Shown: in pieces, positions 35,748-43,841 of the stretch | Numbering within the stretch: the first letter of the stretch is position 1 | Layout: the number at the start of each line of letters is the position of its first letter | NCBI GenBank assembly: GCA_002372935.1 | Contig: DFJF01000006.1 | Span: 35,405-99,404 of the forward strand | Reading direction: 5' to 3' | Origin: Clostridiales bacterium UBA3678 | GTDB taxonomy: Bacteria > Bacillota > Clostridia > TANB77 > CAG-508 | DNA: 64,000 nt | Program-made: the position numbers and the translations under genes | Notes under the pieces: generated by a model | Seen by the model: the letters and a program-made list of their open reading frames with translations, nothing else | The model's database searches: none | Told to the model about the DNA's origin: nothing

Positions 35748-36980
35748 ATGAAAAAGAAAAATTTATTTATTGCAATTTTTTTATGCTTACTTTTATGTAT
35801 ATATGTATATATTTGTGCAATTGATGCAATACCTGAAAAAATAATAATATATGAAGGCGAAGAATTAAATATAAAAAAATTTTTTGGAATTTCCATAGGT
35901 CATAAAAATGAAAAAACATCAGTGTTAACATCTGCTAAAGAGAATTCAGATGATACTATAAATAAAAATGTAGAAAATTTAGAAGTAAAATTATTTAATA
36001 AAAATGTAAAAAATATAGATGTTAACATAATAGAAAAAACTCAGGTTATTCCAATTGGTCTTGTTTCTGGAATAAAACTTTACACAAGTGGTGCATTAGT
36101 TGTGGGAATGTCAGAAATAAAAGGACTTGATAATCAAAAATATAAGCCCTATGAAAGGTCTGGTATAGAAGAAGGAGATACAATTATACAAATAGGTAAA
36201 AAAGAAATAAATAATGCAAATGATTTAGTAAATGTTGTTAATCAATCAAATGGAGAAGAGTTAAATATTTTTTATATAAGAAATGGAAGAAAAGAAGAAA
36301 CTAGAATATATCCATTAAAGACTGGAGAGAATGAATATAAGCTTGGATTATGGGTAAGAGATAGTGCAGCAGGTATAGGTACAATGACATATTATGAACC
36401 TAAAACTGGGAAATTTGCTGCACTTGGGCATGGTATAGCTGATATAGACACAGGAGAACTAATAGATGTTGGTAATGGTGAATTTATTACAACAAAGGTT
36501 TTATCAACTATAAAAGGAGAAAATGGAACTCCTGGAAAAATTCAAGGGTCTATTAATGATCAATCACAAATAGGAATAATAACTAAAAATAGTGTTTTTG
36601 GCATATATGGAAAAGTTACTGATATTTCAAAAGTAAATGCTAATTCTGGCAATTTAATGGATGTTGCTTTAAGAAAAGAGATTCAACTAGGAAAGGCAAC
36701 AATGCTATGTTCTTTGGATGGAAAAAATGTAGAAGAATACGAAATCAAAATCGAAAAAATTTATTTGAATAATGATTATGATAATAAAAGCATGTTGATA
36801 AAAGTAACTGATAAAAGATTAATAGAAAAAACAGGAGGAATTATACAAGGAATGAGTGGTTCGCCAGTTATTCAAAATGGAAAGTTTATTGGTGCTGTCA
36901 CAAATGTATTGGTAAGTGACCCAACACAAGGGTATGTTGTATTTGGTGATATAATGATAAAGGAGGGAACAGCTAACTAA
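35748..36980 (+). CDS. spoIVB: Stage IV sporulation protein B, S55 signalling peptidase with a PDZ domain
   Basis: PDZ-like GIEEGDTIIQIG, AAGIGTMTYYEPKTGKFAALGHGI and GMSGSPVIQNGKFIGAV. Confidence 0.9.
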   Translation: MKKKNLFIAIFLCLLLCIYVYICAIDAIPEKIIIYEGEELNIKKFFGISIGHKNEKTSVLTSAKENSDDTINKNVENLEVKLFNKNVKNIDVNIIEKTQVIPIGLVSGIKLYTSGALVVGMSEIKGLDNQKYKPYERSGIEEGDTIIQIGKKEINNANDLVNVVNQSNGEELNIFYIRNGRKEETRIYPLKTGENEYKLGLWVRDSAAGIGTMTYYEPKTGKFAALGHGIADIDTGELIDVGNGEFITTKVLSTIKGENGTPGKIQGSINDQSQIGIITKNSVFGIYGKVTDISKVNANSGNLMDVALRKEIQLGKATMLCSLDGKNVEEYEIKIEKIYLNNDYDNKSMLIKVTDKRLIEKTGGIIQGMSGSPVIQNGKFIGAVTNVLVSDPTQGYVVFGDIMIKEGTAN

Positions 36981-37040
36981 AGTGAGATAAATAATGGGAT
37001 TTATGTACTTGAAAAAATAAAACAATAGTAGTATAATGAA

Positions 37041-37155
37041 TTTCAAAGAGGGACGGTTCTCTTTTGAAAAAGAACCGTCCCCTTTCAAAAAAGAACCGTC
37101 CCTTTCTGAAAAAGAACCGTCCCTTTCTGAAAGAGAACCGTCCCCAAATGAAAGA
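37041..37155. repeat. 21-bp repeat family, site E: 1 forward plus 4 reverse units, ending in AAATGAAAG
   Basis: gagggacggttc, then agaaccgtccc four times at 21-bp spacing, then caaatgaaagaagagagg. Confidence 0.9.
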
Positions 37156-37170
37156 AGAGAGGAAATAGAA

Positions 37171-38262
37171 ATGAAAATAGGAATAGTTGGATTACCAAAT
37201 GTAGGAAAAAGTACATTATTTAATAGTATAACAAAAGCAGGTGCTGAGTGTGCAAATTATCCTTTTTGTACTATAGAGCCTAATGTGGGTGTTGTTGCTG
37301 TGCCAGATGAGAGATTAGATAAATTAACTGAGATGTATCATCCACAAAAAACTAGTCATGCAATTGTGGAGTTTGTTGATATTGCAGGTCTTGTAAAAGG
37401 TGCTAGTAAAGGCGAAGGTCTTGGAAATAAGTTTTTATCTCACATAAGAGAAACAGATGCAATATGTGAGGTTGTTAGATGTTTTGAAGATTCAAATATC
37501 ACACATGTTGATGGAAGTGTTGATCCAATAAGAGATATAGAGACTATAAATTTTGAACTTATTTTTGCTGATATTGAAACTATTGATAAAAGATTAGATA
37601 GAGCTAAAAAAATGCTTAAAGCTGATAAAAAATATCAATTGGAAATTGATTTATTGGAAAAAATTAAGATTAATCTAGAAAATGGAGTTCCTGCAAGAAG
37701 TTTGGAATATTCTGATGAGGAATTGCCTATTGTGAAAGATTTGTGGCTTTTGTCTTCAAAACCAGTTTTATATGTTGTAAATATTTCAGAAGATCAATTA
37801 AATACATGGAAAGATGATGAGATGGTAAAAAAAGTTCAAGAATATGCTAAAAAAGAAGGCTCAGATATTGTTCCTTTATGTGTAAAAATTGAAGAAGAAA
37901 TATCTGCTTTAGACGATAGTGACAAAAAAGAAATGTTAGAAGCTTTAGGATTAGAAGAATCAGGGCTAGATAAACTCATAAAAAAGAGTTATGATTTGCT
38001 TGGATTGATGTCATTTTTGACAGCTGGAGAGCCAGAAGTAAGAGCTTGGACAATAAAGAAAGGAACTAAAGCTCCAGAAGCTGCGGGTAAAATTCATTCA
38101 GATATACAAAGAGGATTTATAAAGGCAGAAGTTGTTTCTTTTGATGATTTGATGAATTGTGGATCTATGGTAGAGGCTAAAGAAAAAGGACTTGTTCGCT
38201 CAGAAGGAAAAGATTATATAATGCAAGATGGAGATATAGTATTATTCAAATTTAATGTGTAG
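37171..38262 (+). CDS. ychF: Ribosome-binding ATPase YchF (Obg-like)
   Basis: MKIGIVGLPNVGKSTLFN, CTIEPNVG and DIAGLVKGAS, with a TGS-type C-terminus. The track ORF start at 37036 only translates the repeats (KEPSPF), so the start is moved to 37171. Confidence 0.92.
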   Translation: MKIGIVGLPNVGKSTLFNSITKAGAECANYPFCTIEPNVGVVAVPDERLDKLTEMYHPQKTSHAIVEFVDIAGLVKGASKGEGLGNKFLSHIRETDAICEVVRCFEDSNITHVDGSVDPIRDIETINFELIFADIETIDKRLDRAKKMLKADKKYQLEIDLLEKIKINLENGVPARSLEYSDEELPIVKDLWLLSSKPVLYVVNISEDQLNTWKDDEMVKKVQEYAKKEGSDIVPLCVKIEEEISALDDSDKKEMLEALGLEESGLDKLIKKSYDLLGLMSFLTAGEPEVRAWTIKKGTKAPEAAGKIHSDIQRGFIKAEVVSFDDLMNCGSMVEAKEKGLVRSEGKDYIMQDGDIVLFKFNV

Positions 38263-38270
38263 CACTTTCA

Positions 38271-38313
38271 AAGAGGGATAGATCTCTTACAAAAGAGAAC
38301 TATCCCTTTTTTA
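38271..38313 (+). terminator. Terminator after ychF, built from a GATCT-variant copy of the repeat family (site F)
   Basis: agagggatagatctctt acaa aagagaactatccct, followed by a T6 run. Confidence 0.75.
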
Positions 38314-38331
38314 TAAAAAATCACAAAAAAT

Positions 38332-38372
38332 ATATTACAAAAATATTACAGTTACATTACAATTATGTTAAA
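38332..38372 (+). promoter_or_regulatory. Four 11-bp-phased ATATTACA-like repeats upstream of the type IV pilus cluster
   Basis: ATATTACA at 38332 and 38343, ACATTACA at 38354 and ATGTTAAA at 38365. Confidence 0.6.
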
Positions 38373-38376
38373 TGTA

Positions 38377-38405
38377 TTGATTTTTAGAATAAAAATGTTT
38401 AAAAT
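38377..38405 (+). promoter_or_regulatory. Promoter of the type IV pilus cluster
   Basis: TTGATT-17-TAAAAT. The spacer tttagaataaaaatgtt is near-identical to the one at 15042-15070. Confidence 0.6.
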
Positions 38406-38471
38406 AGAAAAAGATAATTGGGAGGAAATTTGTAGAAAAAAAGAAGAAAATAAATTGAGGAGTCCAGGAAA

Positions 38472-40085
38472 ATGCGAAAATGCTTAGGAATATATATAGA
38501 AAGTAACATAATTAAATATGCACTTGTTTCTGAAAATCACAATGAGATGAAGATTGAAGCTTTTGGAATTAGATTTTTTGAAAATTTTTCATCTGAACTA
38601 AGCAAGGTTATAGAAGAGACTTATAGTTTTAACACGCCTATTAGTATAAATATTGCAAATGAAAAATATTTGTATTTTGATGTTTTTGCATTATTAAACA
38701 AAAAAGATATAGAAAAAACAATACAAACAGAATTTGAAACATACTGTGATGAAAATAAATATAATGTTAATGCATTTGTAGAAAAACATACATTAATGCC
38801 AAAAAAAGATGATGATGAAAAAATAAGAGTAATAGATGCATATATAAATAAGATTGAATTAGACAGGCAGACAGAGCCATTTAAAAAATACAGATTGAGT
38901 TTTGCAACACCTATATCTATAGCAATTGCAAATATTGCAAGACTAAACAAAAAAGAAAACCAAATTATTGTTAATATGGAAGAAAGCACAATTATAACAA
39001 CGATTTATGATAATCAAATTTATAACATTGATACTCTTGAAATAGGAAGCAGAGAAGTATTAAGCAATATTAACAAGTTAGAGAATTCTTATTCAAAAGC
39101 ATACGAAATTTGCAAAAACACAACGATTTATACTGCTGATGTAGATGAAACTAGTGAAGAACAACCTTATTTGCAATATATTGTACCTGTAATATATAAA
39201 ATTGTACAGGAAATACAAGGAATTGTTGCAAATACAGCTACAAATTTTAAAACAATATATTTAACAGGAACTCTTGCCTCAATAAATAATATAGATTTAT
39301 ATTTTCAAGAATTTTTTACCAATGTTGAATGTAAAATTTTAAAACCAAATATTGTTGATGAAACAGTAACCAAAATAAATATAAAAGATTATATAGAAGC
39401 AAATTCAGCTATTGCTTTAGCTACTGCAGGACTTGGAAGAGGATTACAAGAATTCAATTTTGGACAACTAGAGGCTTCAAGTAAATTAGCTAAATTTTTG
39501 ACTATTCAGTTACCAAATGGAAAGGAAATTGTGCCAAAAACTAATTTTAAATTAAATAAAGACTTTAAAGATCCTTTATCAAATGGTGAATTAAGAATTG
39601 TAAGAAGTATAGTTGCTGTTTTATTAATATTAATTATTTTTATAGCATTTTCAAAATTATTATCAATTCAAATGCTTGAAAAAGAAGATGAAATAAATAA
39701 CTCAATTTTAAGCCAAAATGCACAAATAACAACTGCAAATTCTGATAAGTCTTCTCTGGATTCGAAAAATCAAAAATATCAACAATTAATTAGTGATATG
39801 AAAAAGACAAATGAAAGGTTAAGTGATATTGCATCAAGTAGAAATTCAATACCAAATTTGTTAAATCAAATAATGTATGTAATACCAGAAAGTGTGCAAT
39901 TGATTTCTATAGATAATGATTCAGACAAAAACATTACAATCCAAGCACAATCATCAGATTATGAACAAATAGGAATCTTTGTTGCTACATTAAGAACTAA
40001 AGGAATATTAAAAAATGTAGCATCTTCAAAAGGTACAAAAAGTAATGGTATAATAACAGTAACAATAGAAGGAGAATTGCCATGA
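38472..40085 (+). CDS. pilM: Type IV pilus assembly protein, PilM-PilN fusion
   Basis: Actin-like ATPase N-terminus (CLGIYIESNIIKYALV), a central TM segment (IVRSIVAVLLILIIFIAF) and a PilN-like C-terminal part. This fusion is typical of Clostridium T4P clusters. Confidence 0.7.
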   Translation: MRKCLGIYIESNIIKYALVSENHNEMKIEAFGIRFFENFSSELSKVIEETYSFNTPISINIANEKYLYFDVFALLNKKDIEKTIQTEFETYCDENKYNVNAFVEKHTLMPKKDDDEKIRVIDAYINKIELDRQTEPFKKYRLSFATPISIAIANIARLNKKENQIIVNMEESTIITTIYDNQIYNIDTLEIGSREVLSNINKLENSYSKAYEICKNTTIYTADVDETSEEQPYLQYIVPVIYKIVQEIQGIVANTATNFKTIYLTGTLASINNIDLYFQEFFTNVECKILKPNIVDETVTKINIKDYIEANSAIALATAGLGRGLQEFNFGQLEASSKLAKFLTIQLPNGKEIVPKTNFKLNKDFKDPLSNGELRIVRSIVAVLLILIIFIAFSKLLSIQMLEKEDEINNSILSQNAQITTANSDKSSLDSKNQKYQQLISDMKKTNERLSDIASSRNSIPNLLNQIMYVIPESVQLISIDNDSDKNITIQAQSSDYEQIGIFVATLRTKGILKNVASSKGTKSNGIITVTIEGELP

Positions 40086-40870
40086 GAAAATTGTTATTAA
40101 TTTTAGTATTAATATTGATGCTGGTGGTTACTGGAATGGTAATTTACAAAGGAACATCTGTTGGCAACATTTGGGGAATTAAGCAAATAATAGAGAAAAA
40201 TGCAGAGGTTGATAAAGTTAATTCAGATCTTTCTAGCCTAGTAAATAGTACTTTTCCAATGACTGAATCATCAGTAAATAGTAGTGCTAAAACATTAGAA
40301 GAAACTAAAAATGAATATGAAGAACAAGCAATTTTATTGTCAAAGAGTGATTATTATGCACAATCAGAAGAATATAAAATTGAATATCTATGGACAAGAA
40401 TTGGTAAATATGCAAGACAAAATAATATTATTATGAGCTTAGAAGTTACAAATACTTCTATTAAGGGCTTATATGACTTAAATATTACTTCAGAAGGTAA
40501 GTATTCAGATATTGCTAAATTTATATCTGATATAGAAAATGATTCTAAATTAGGATTTAAAATTGAAGATTTTTCTATGAAATCTGGAAATGAGTCAACA
40601 ACAAATGAAAATACCTCTAATAACGGAGAGAAAAAACATACTGAAAATAATGTAGTAGGAAAATTCTCTTGCAAAGAGATAAGATTAGATGAAAAATCAA
40701 TTGATTCTAATATTGGATTAAATTCTGATACAAATGGCGATTCACAAAATAATGGTAGTGCTACAGATGCTAATAATACAAATGCCAATACTGCAGATAG
40801 ATCTAATACAAATAATACTACACAGACACAACAAAATACAACTACAGAAAATAATACAAATGTAAACTAG
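40082..40870 (+). CDS. pilO: PilO-like bitopic pilus assembly protein with an Asn/Thr-rich tail
   Basis: N-terminal TM segment (LLLILVLILMLVVTGMVIY), coiled-coil region, position after pilMN, and a 4-nt overlap with it. Confidence 0.55.
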   Translation: MRKLLLILVLILMLVVTGMVIYKGTSVGNIWGIKQIIEKNAEVDKVNSDLSSLVNSTFPMTESSVNSSAKTLEETKNEYEEQAILLSKSDYYAQSEEYKIEYLWTRIGKYARQNNIIMSLEVTNTSIKGLYDLNITSEGKYSDIAKFISDIENDSKLGFKIEDFSMKSGNESTTNENTSNNGEKKHTENNVVGKFSCKEIRLDEKSIDSNIGLNSDTNGDSQNNGSATDANNTNANTADRSNTNNTTQTQQNTTTENNTNVN

Positions 40871-40884
40871 AAAGGGATGAAATT

Positions 40885-41352
40885 ATGGGAAAAATTATTA
40901 AAGAAATAATAATTATGCTTCTAATTTGTTTAGTTGGTATTTTATTATTTGCAGTTATATTTTATCGATATATACCAAATAGAAAAATAGTTGCAGAAGT
41001 TGCAGAATATAAAGCTTCTGATGAAGTTGAACAACTATTGCAAGACAATGTTGATCAAGATGATAATGAGGTTGTATTAACTTATTCAGTCACATCTTCT
41101 GATTTAAGCAATTATGAAGCTACAAATAATTATAATCCTGGAAAGGCGAACCCATTTTCACCTGCTACTACAACTTCTAAAGAAAAAACTACAACTTCTA
41201 CAGGAAGTGGCAATGACAGTAGCAATAGTAGTAACAGTGCAAAGGATTCTACGAACTCAGGAGGTTCTAATAATTCTGATAGTTCAGATAGTAGTTCAAG
41301 TAGAGATTCAAATTCTAATAGTTCATATATTAGTGAAAATGGAACAAAATAA
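40885..41352 (+). CDS. Bitopic membrane protein with a Ser/Thr/Asn-rich tail (pilus cluster accessory)
   Basis: N-terminal TM segment IIIMLLICLVGILLFAVIFY and a low-complexity C-terminus. Confidence 0.4.
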   Translation: MGKIIKEIIIMLLICLVGILLFAVIFYRYIPNRKIVAEVAEYKASDEVEQLLQDNVDQDDNEVVLTYSVTSSDLSNYEATNNYNPGKANPFSPATTTSKEKTTTSTGSGNDSSNSSNSAKDSTNSGGSNNSDSSDSSSSRDSNSNSSYISENGTK

Positions 41353-41438
41353 TTTTATTAAGTTATCGACGTTATATTAATTTTAATTAATATACTAAAA
41401 ATAAATATTTTTATATAAAAAAAGGAGGAAAAATCAAA

Positions 41439-41885
41439 ATGAAAGGAAACAAAGGTATAACATTAATTGCATTAGTTATCACAATTATCGTATTATTAAT
41501 TTTAGCAGGTGTATCAATTGCAATGCTAACAGGAGATAACTCATTATTGGGTAATGCACAAAGGACTGGCCCATATAATGATATTGGTGCTGCAAAAGAT
41601 GAAATAGGACTTGTATACAATTCTGCTATGCAACAGTTCTATGAACAAAAATATACTGGTGAACAATTAGATTCAAGTGCATCATTTGCAAAAGTTTTTA
41701 ATACAGCATATACAGCTTTAACTGATGCTCAAAAGCACGGATGTCAAGTTCAATATACTGGTGATGATACAAAAGGTGGTACAATTACAATAACAAAAGA
41801 ATCTTATAAGCTTGAAGGAACCGTTACTGTTACTGCTGGAAGCGAAAGCTTAAAATGGAGTGAATCTGGAATTACCAAACAATAG
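41439..41885 (+). CDS. pilA: Type IV major pilin (prepilin)
   Basis: MKGNKG|ITLIALVITIIVLLILAGVSIAML class III leader, AGGAGG SD and a strong terminator downstream. Confidence 0.85.
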   Translation: MKGNKGITLIALVITIIVLLILAGVSIAMLTGDNSLLGNAQRTGPYNDIGAAKDEIGLVYNSAMQQFYEQKYTGEQLDSSASFAKVFNTAYTALTDAQKHGCQVQYTGDDTKGGTITITKESYKLEGTVTVTAGSESLKWSESGITKQ

Positions 41886-41899
41886 TAATAAATAAAAAA

Positions 41900-41930
41900 G
41901 CATATGCATGCTATATGCATATGTTTTTTT
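41900..41930 (+). terminator. Rho-independent terminator after pilA
   Basis: Stem gcatatgcat / atgcatatgt, followed by a T7 run. Confidence 0.8.
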
Positions 41931-41950
41931 GAAAAATAAATAGTAAAAAA

Positions 41951-42000
41951 GTGGAAGATCTATTACTCTTTGAAAAGAGAACCGTCCCTAAATGAAAGGA
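41951..42000. repeat. 21-bp repeat family, site G: degenerate forward (GATCT variant) plus 1 reverse unit, ending in AAATGAAAGG
   Basis: gtggaagatctattactctttgaaaagagaaccgtccctaaatgaaagga. Confidence 0.75.
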
Positions 42001-42009
42001 AAATAAAAA

Positions 42010-42819
42010 ATGAATATATTCTTATACATAATTATTTTTATAATGGGTACTGTATTTGGAAGTTTTTATACACTTGCAGTTTACAGGATTCCAAAAAAAA
42101 TAGATATTACACACACACATTCTTTTTGCCCAAATTGTAATCATAAATTAGGCTTTTGGGAATTGATACCAGTTTGGAGTTATATATTTTTAGGAGGAAA
42201 ATGCAAGAATTGTGGCAAAAAAATAAGACCTAGATATTTAATTATTGAAGTTATGTCTGGTTTTACTTTTGTATTATTTGCACTTGCAACTAAAGTCTCT
42301 GTAGAAACTTTAGAACCATCTTTACTTATTGGTTTCTTATTTATGGTTTTATATATAACTGCTATTTTTATTATAGCTGGAATTGATTTGGAAAGAAGAG
42401 AAATTGAAAAAAGTGTTTTATATTATGCATTAGGAATATTAGTTTTATACATAATATATTTATGCATAGTAGATAAAACTAATATATGTAGATATGTTAT
42501 GTATCTTGCAATTACACTTATATTATTAATAATTGACACCATTAGATTAAAGAAAACTGCAAAAAGCTGTTATTTAATGTCTTTATTGATATTATTGATG
42601 TTCATGGCTGTATTTACTGGAGAAATTGTAACATATTTAACAATTATAATGACTTTATTAATTATAGCTTTTTATGTATTAGCTAAAAAGATTAAACAGT
42701 CAAGAAACAAAGTAAAGAGAGATGACAAAGAAATTGCCAGCAATTTGAATTTTGGTTTTTATTTAGGTGTGTCTAATATTATAATAACAATTTTTGCTTT
42801 GTTTATTGCAAATTATTAG
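42010..42819 (+). CDS. pilD: Prepilin peptidase (A24 family, PilD/ComC-like), divergent
   Basis: N-terminal CPNCNHKL...CKNCGKKI zinc-finger region with WELIPVWSY, first Asp region AGIDLERREI, and C-terminal NFGFYLG (similar to PFGPFL). Confidence 0.75.
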   Translation: MNIFLYIIIFIMGTVFGSFYTLAVYRIPKKIDITHTHSFCPNCNHKLGFWELIPVWSYIFLGGKCKNCGKKIRPRYLIIEVMSGFTFVLFALATKVSVETLEPSLLIGFLFMVLYITAIFIIAGIDLERREIEKSVLYYALGILVLYIIYLCIVDKTNICRYVMYLAITLILLIIDTIRLKKTAKSCYLMSLLILLMFMAVFTGEIVTYLTIIMTLLIIAFYVLAKKIKQSRNKVKRDDKEIASNLNFGFYLGVSNIIITIFALFIANY

Positions 42820-42863
42820 GGTTATATGTTATATAAGCAACATTAAAAAGAAAGGAATTTCTT

Positions 42864-43301
42864 ATGAATTTTAAAAATAATAAAGGTTATGTAGTTGTAG
42901 ATGCTACAATTGCAGTTATTATATTTATGATACTTATTCCCGTACTTATGGGAATGGTATATAGAGTAAATTTGACTAACCATGAGACAAAGATAAAAGC
43001 TGAAGTAATTAATATTTTAGTAAATACTATTGAAACAGCAAAAGGTATAGAATTAGAGAATTTGACGGAAGAAAAAGTTATTAATAAACTTCAAGATACA
43101 TATACAATAAGTAATATAACATCTAATTCTGCTGTGATAACTACTTCTATAGCATCATATAAACTAAAAGTTAGTGTTGTAGATTATCATGATATACATT
43201 CTGATGCAAAAGAAAATGTATTAAAAACAGTAAAAGCAGTTGTAACATATAAAATTGGAAACAAAGAGAAAACAATGGATTTAAGTACAGTAGTAAAATA
43301 A
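42864..43301 (+). CDS. Minor (pseudo)pilin
   Basis: MNFKNNKG|YVVVDATIAVIIFMILIPVL, with an acidic residue at +5. Confidence 0.65.
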   Translation: MNFKNNKGYVVVDATIAVIIFMILIPVLMGMVYRVNLTNHETKIKAEVINILVNTIETAKGIELENLTEEKVINKLQDTYTISNITSNSAVITTSIASYKLKVSVVDYHDIHSDAKENVLKTVKAVVTYKIGNKEKTMDLSTVVK

Positions 43302-43352
43302 AGAGATAATATCAATCCAGAATAAAATAAAAAGAGAAAGGATAAAATATAT

Positions 43353-43815
43353 ATGAAATCTAATAAAGGTATGACTTTGATTTCACTTCTAATTTACTTG
43401 ATAGTTTTATTTGTGGTAATTGGAACTATGTCATTGATAATTAAATACTTTTATGAAAATATGGATGAAACAGTTATTTCAAGTGATACATCAGATCAGT
43501 ATTCAAGATTTATTGCATATATATCCTCAGACATAAATTCACGGAAAAATTAATAGTGAAAATGTTAAAATAAAATCTGATTCAACAGGTTCAGGAAAAG
43601 AAATAGATTTCATTTTAAATGATAATACAACACATGTGTATTGTTTCGAAAATAATAAACTTTATTATAAAGTTTTGGATTCAGAAGAAAATATAGAAAA
43701 ATATATAACATTGTGTGAAAATTTAGATAATTGCGAATTTAGTTATAATGATAATAAATTAACAAGTAAAATGATAATTCAAAATTTGCCATATACAAAT
43801 GTATTTAATATATAA
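43353..43815 (+). pseudogene. Minor pilin gene interrupted by a frameshift at an A5 tract
   Basis: MKSNKG|MTLISLLIYLIVLFVVIG is open over 43353-43553. The +1 frame is open from 43537 to the stop at 43813-43815 (HGKINSENVKIKSDSTGSGKEIDF...). Removing one A from 43545-43549 fuses the two into a 153-aa ORF. Confidence 0.7.
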
Positions 43816-43841
43816 TTTACAAAGGAAAGGAAGAAAGAATT

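Noticed and set aside
37036-37170. N-terminal extension of ychF (EKEPSPFKKEPSLSEKEPS...)
   Set aside because: It is a translation of reverse repeat units. YchF proteins begin MKIGIVGLPNVGKST, which here starts at 37171 behind a purine-rich SD.
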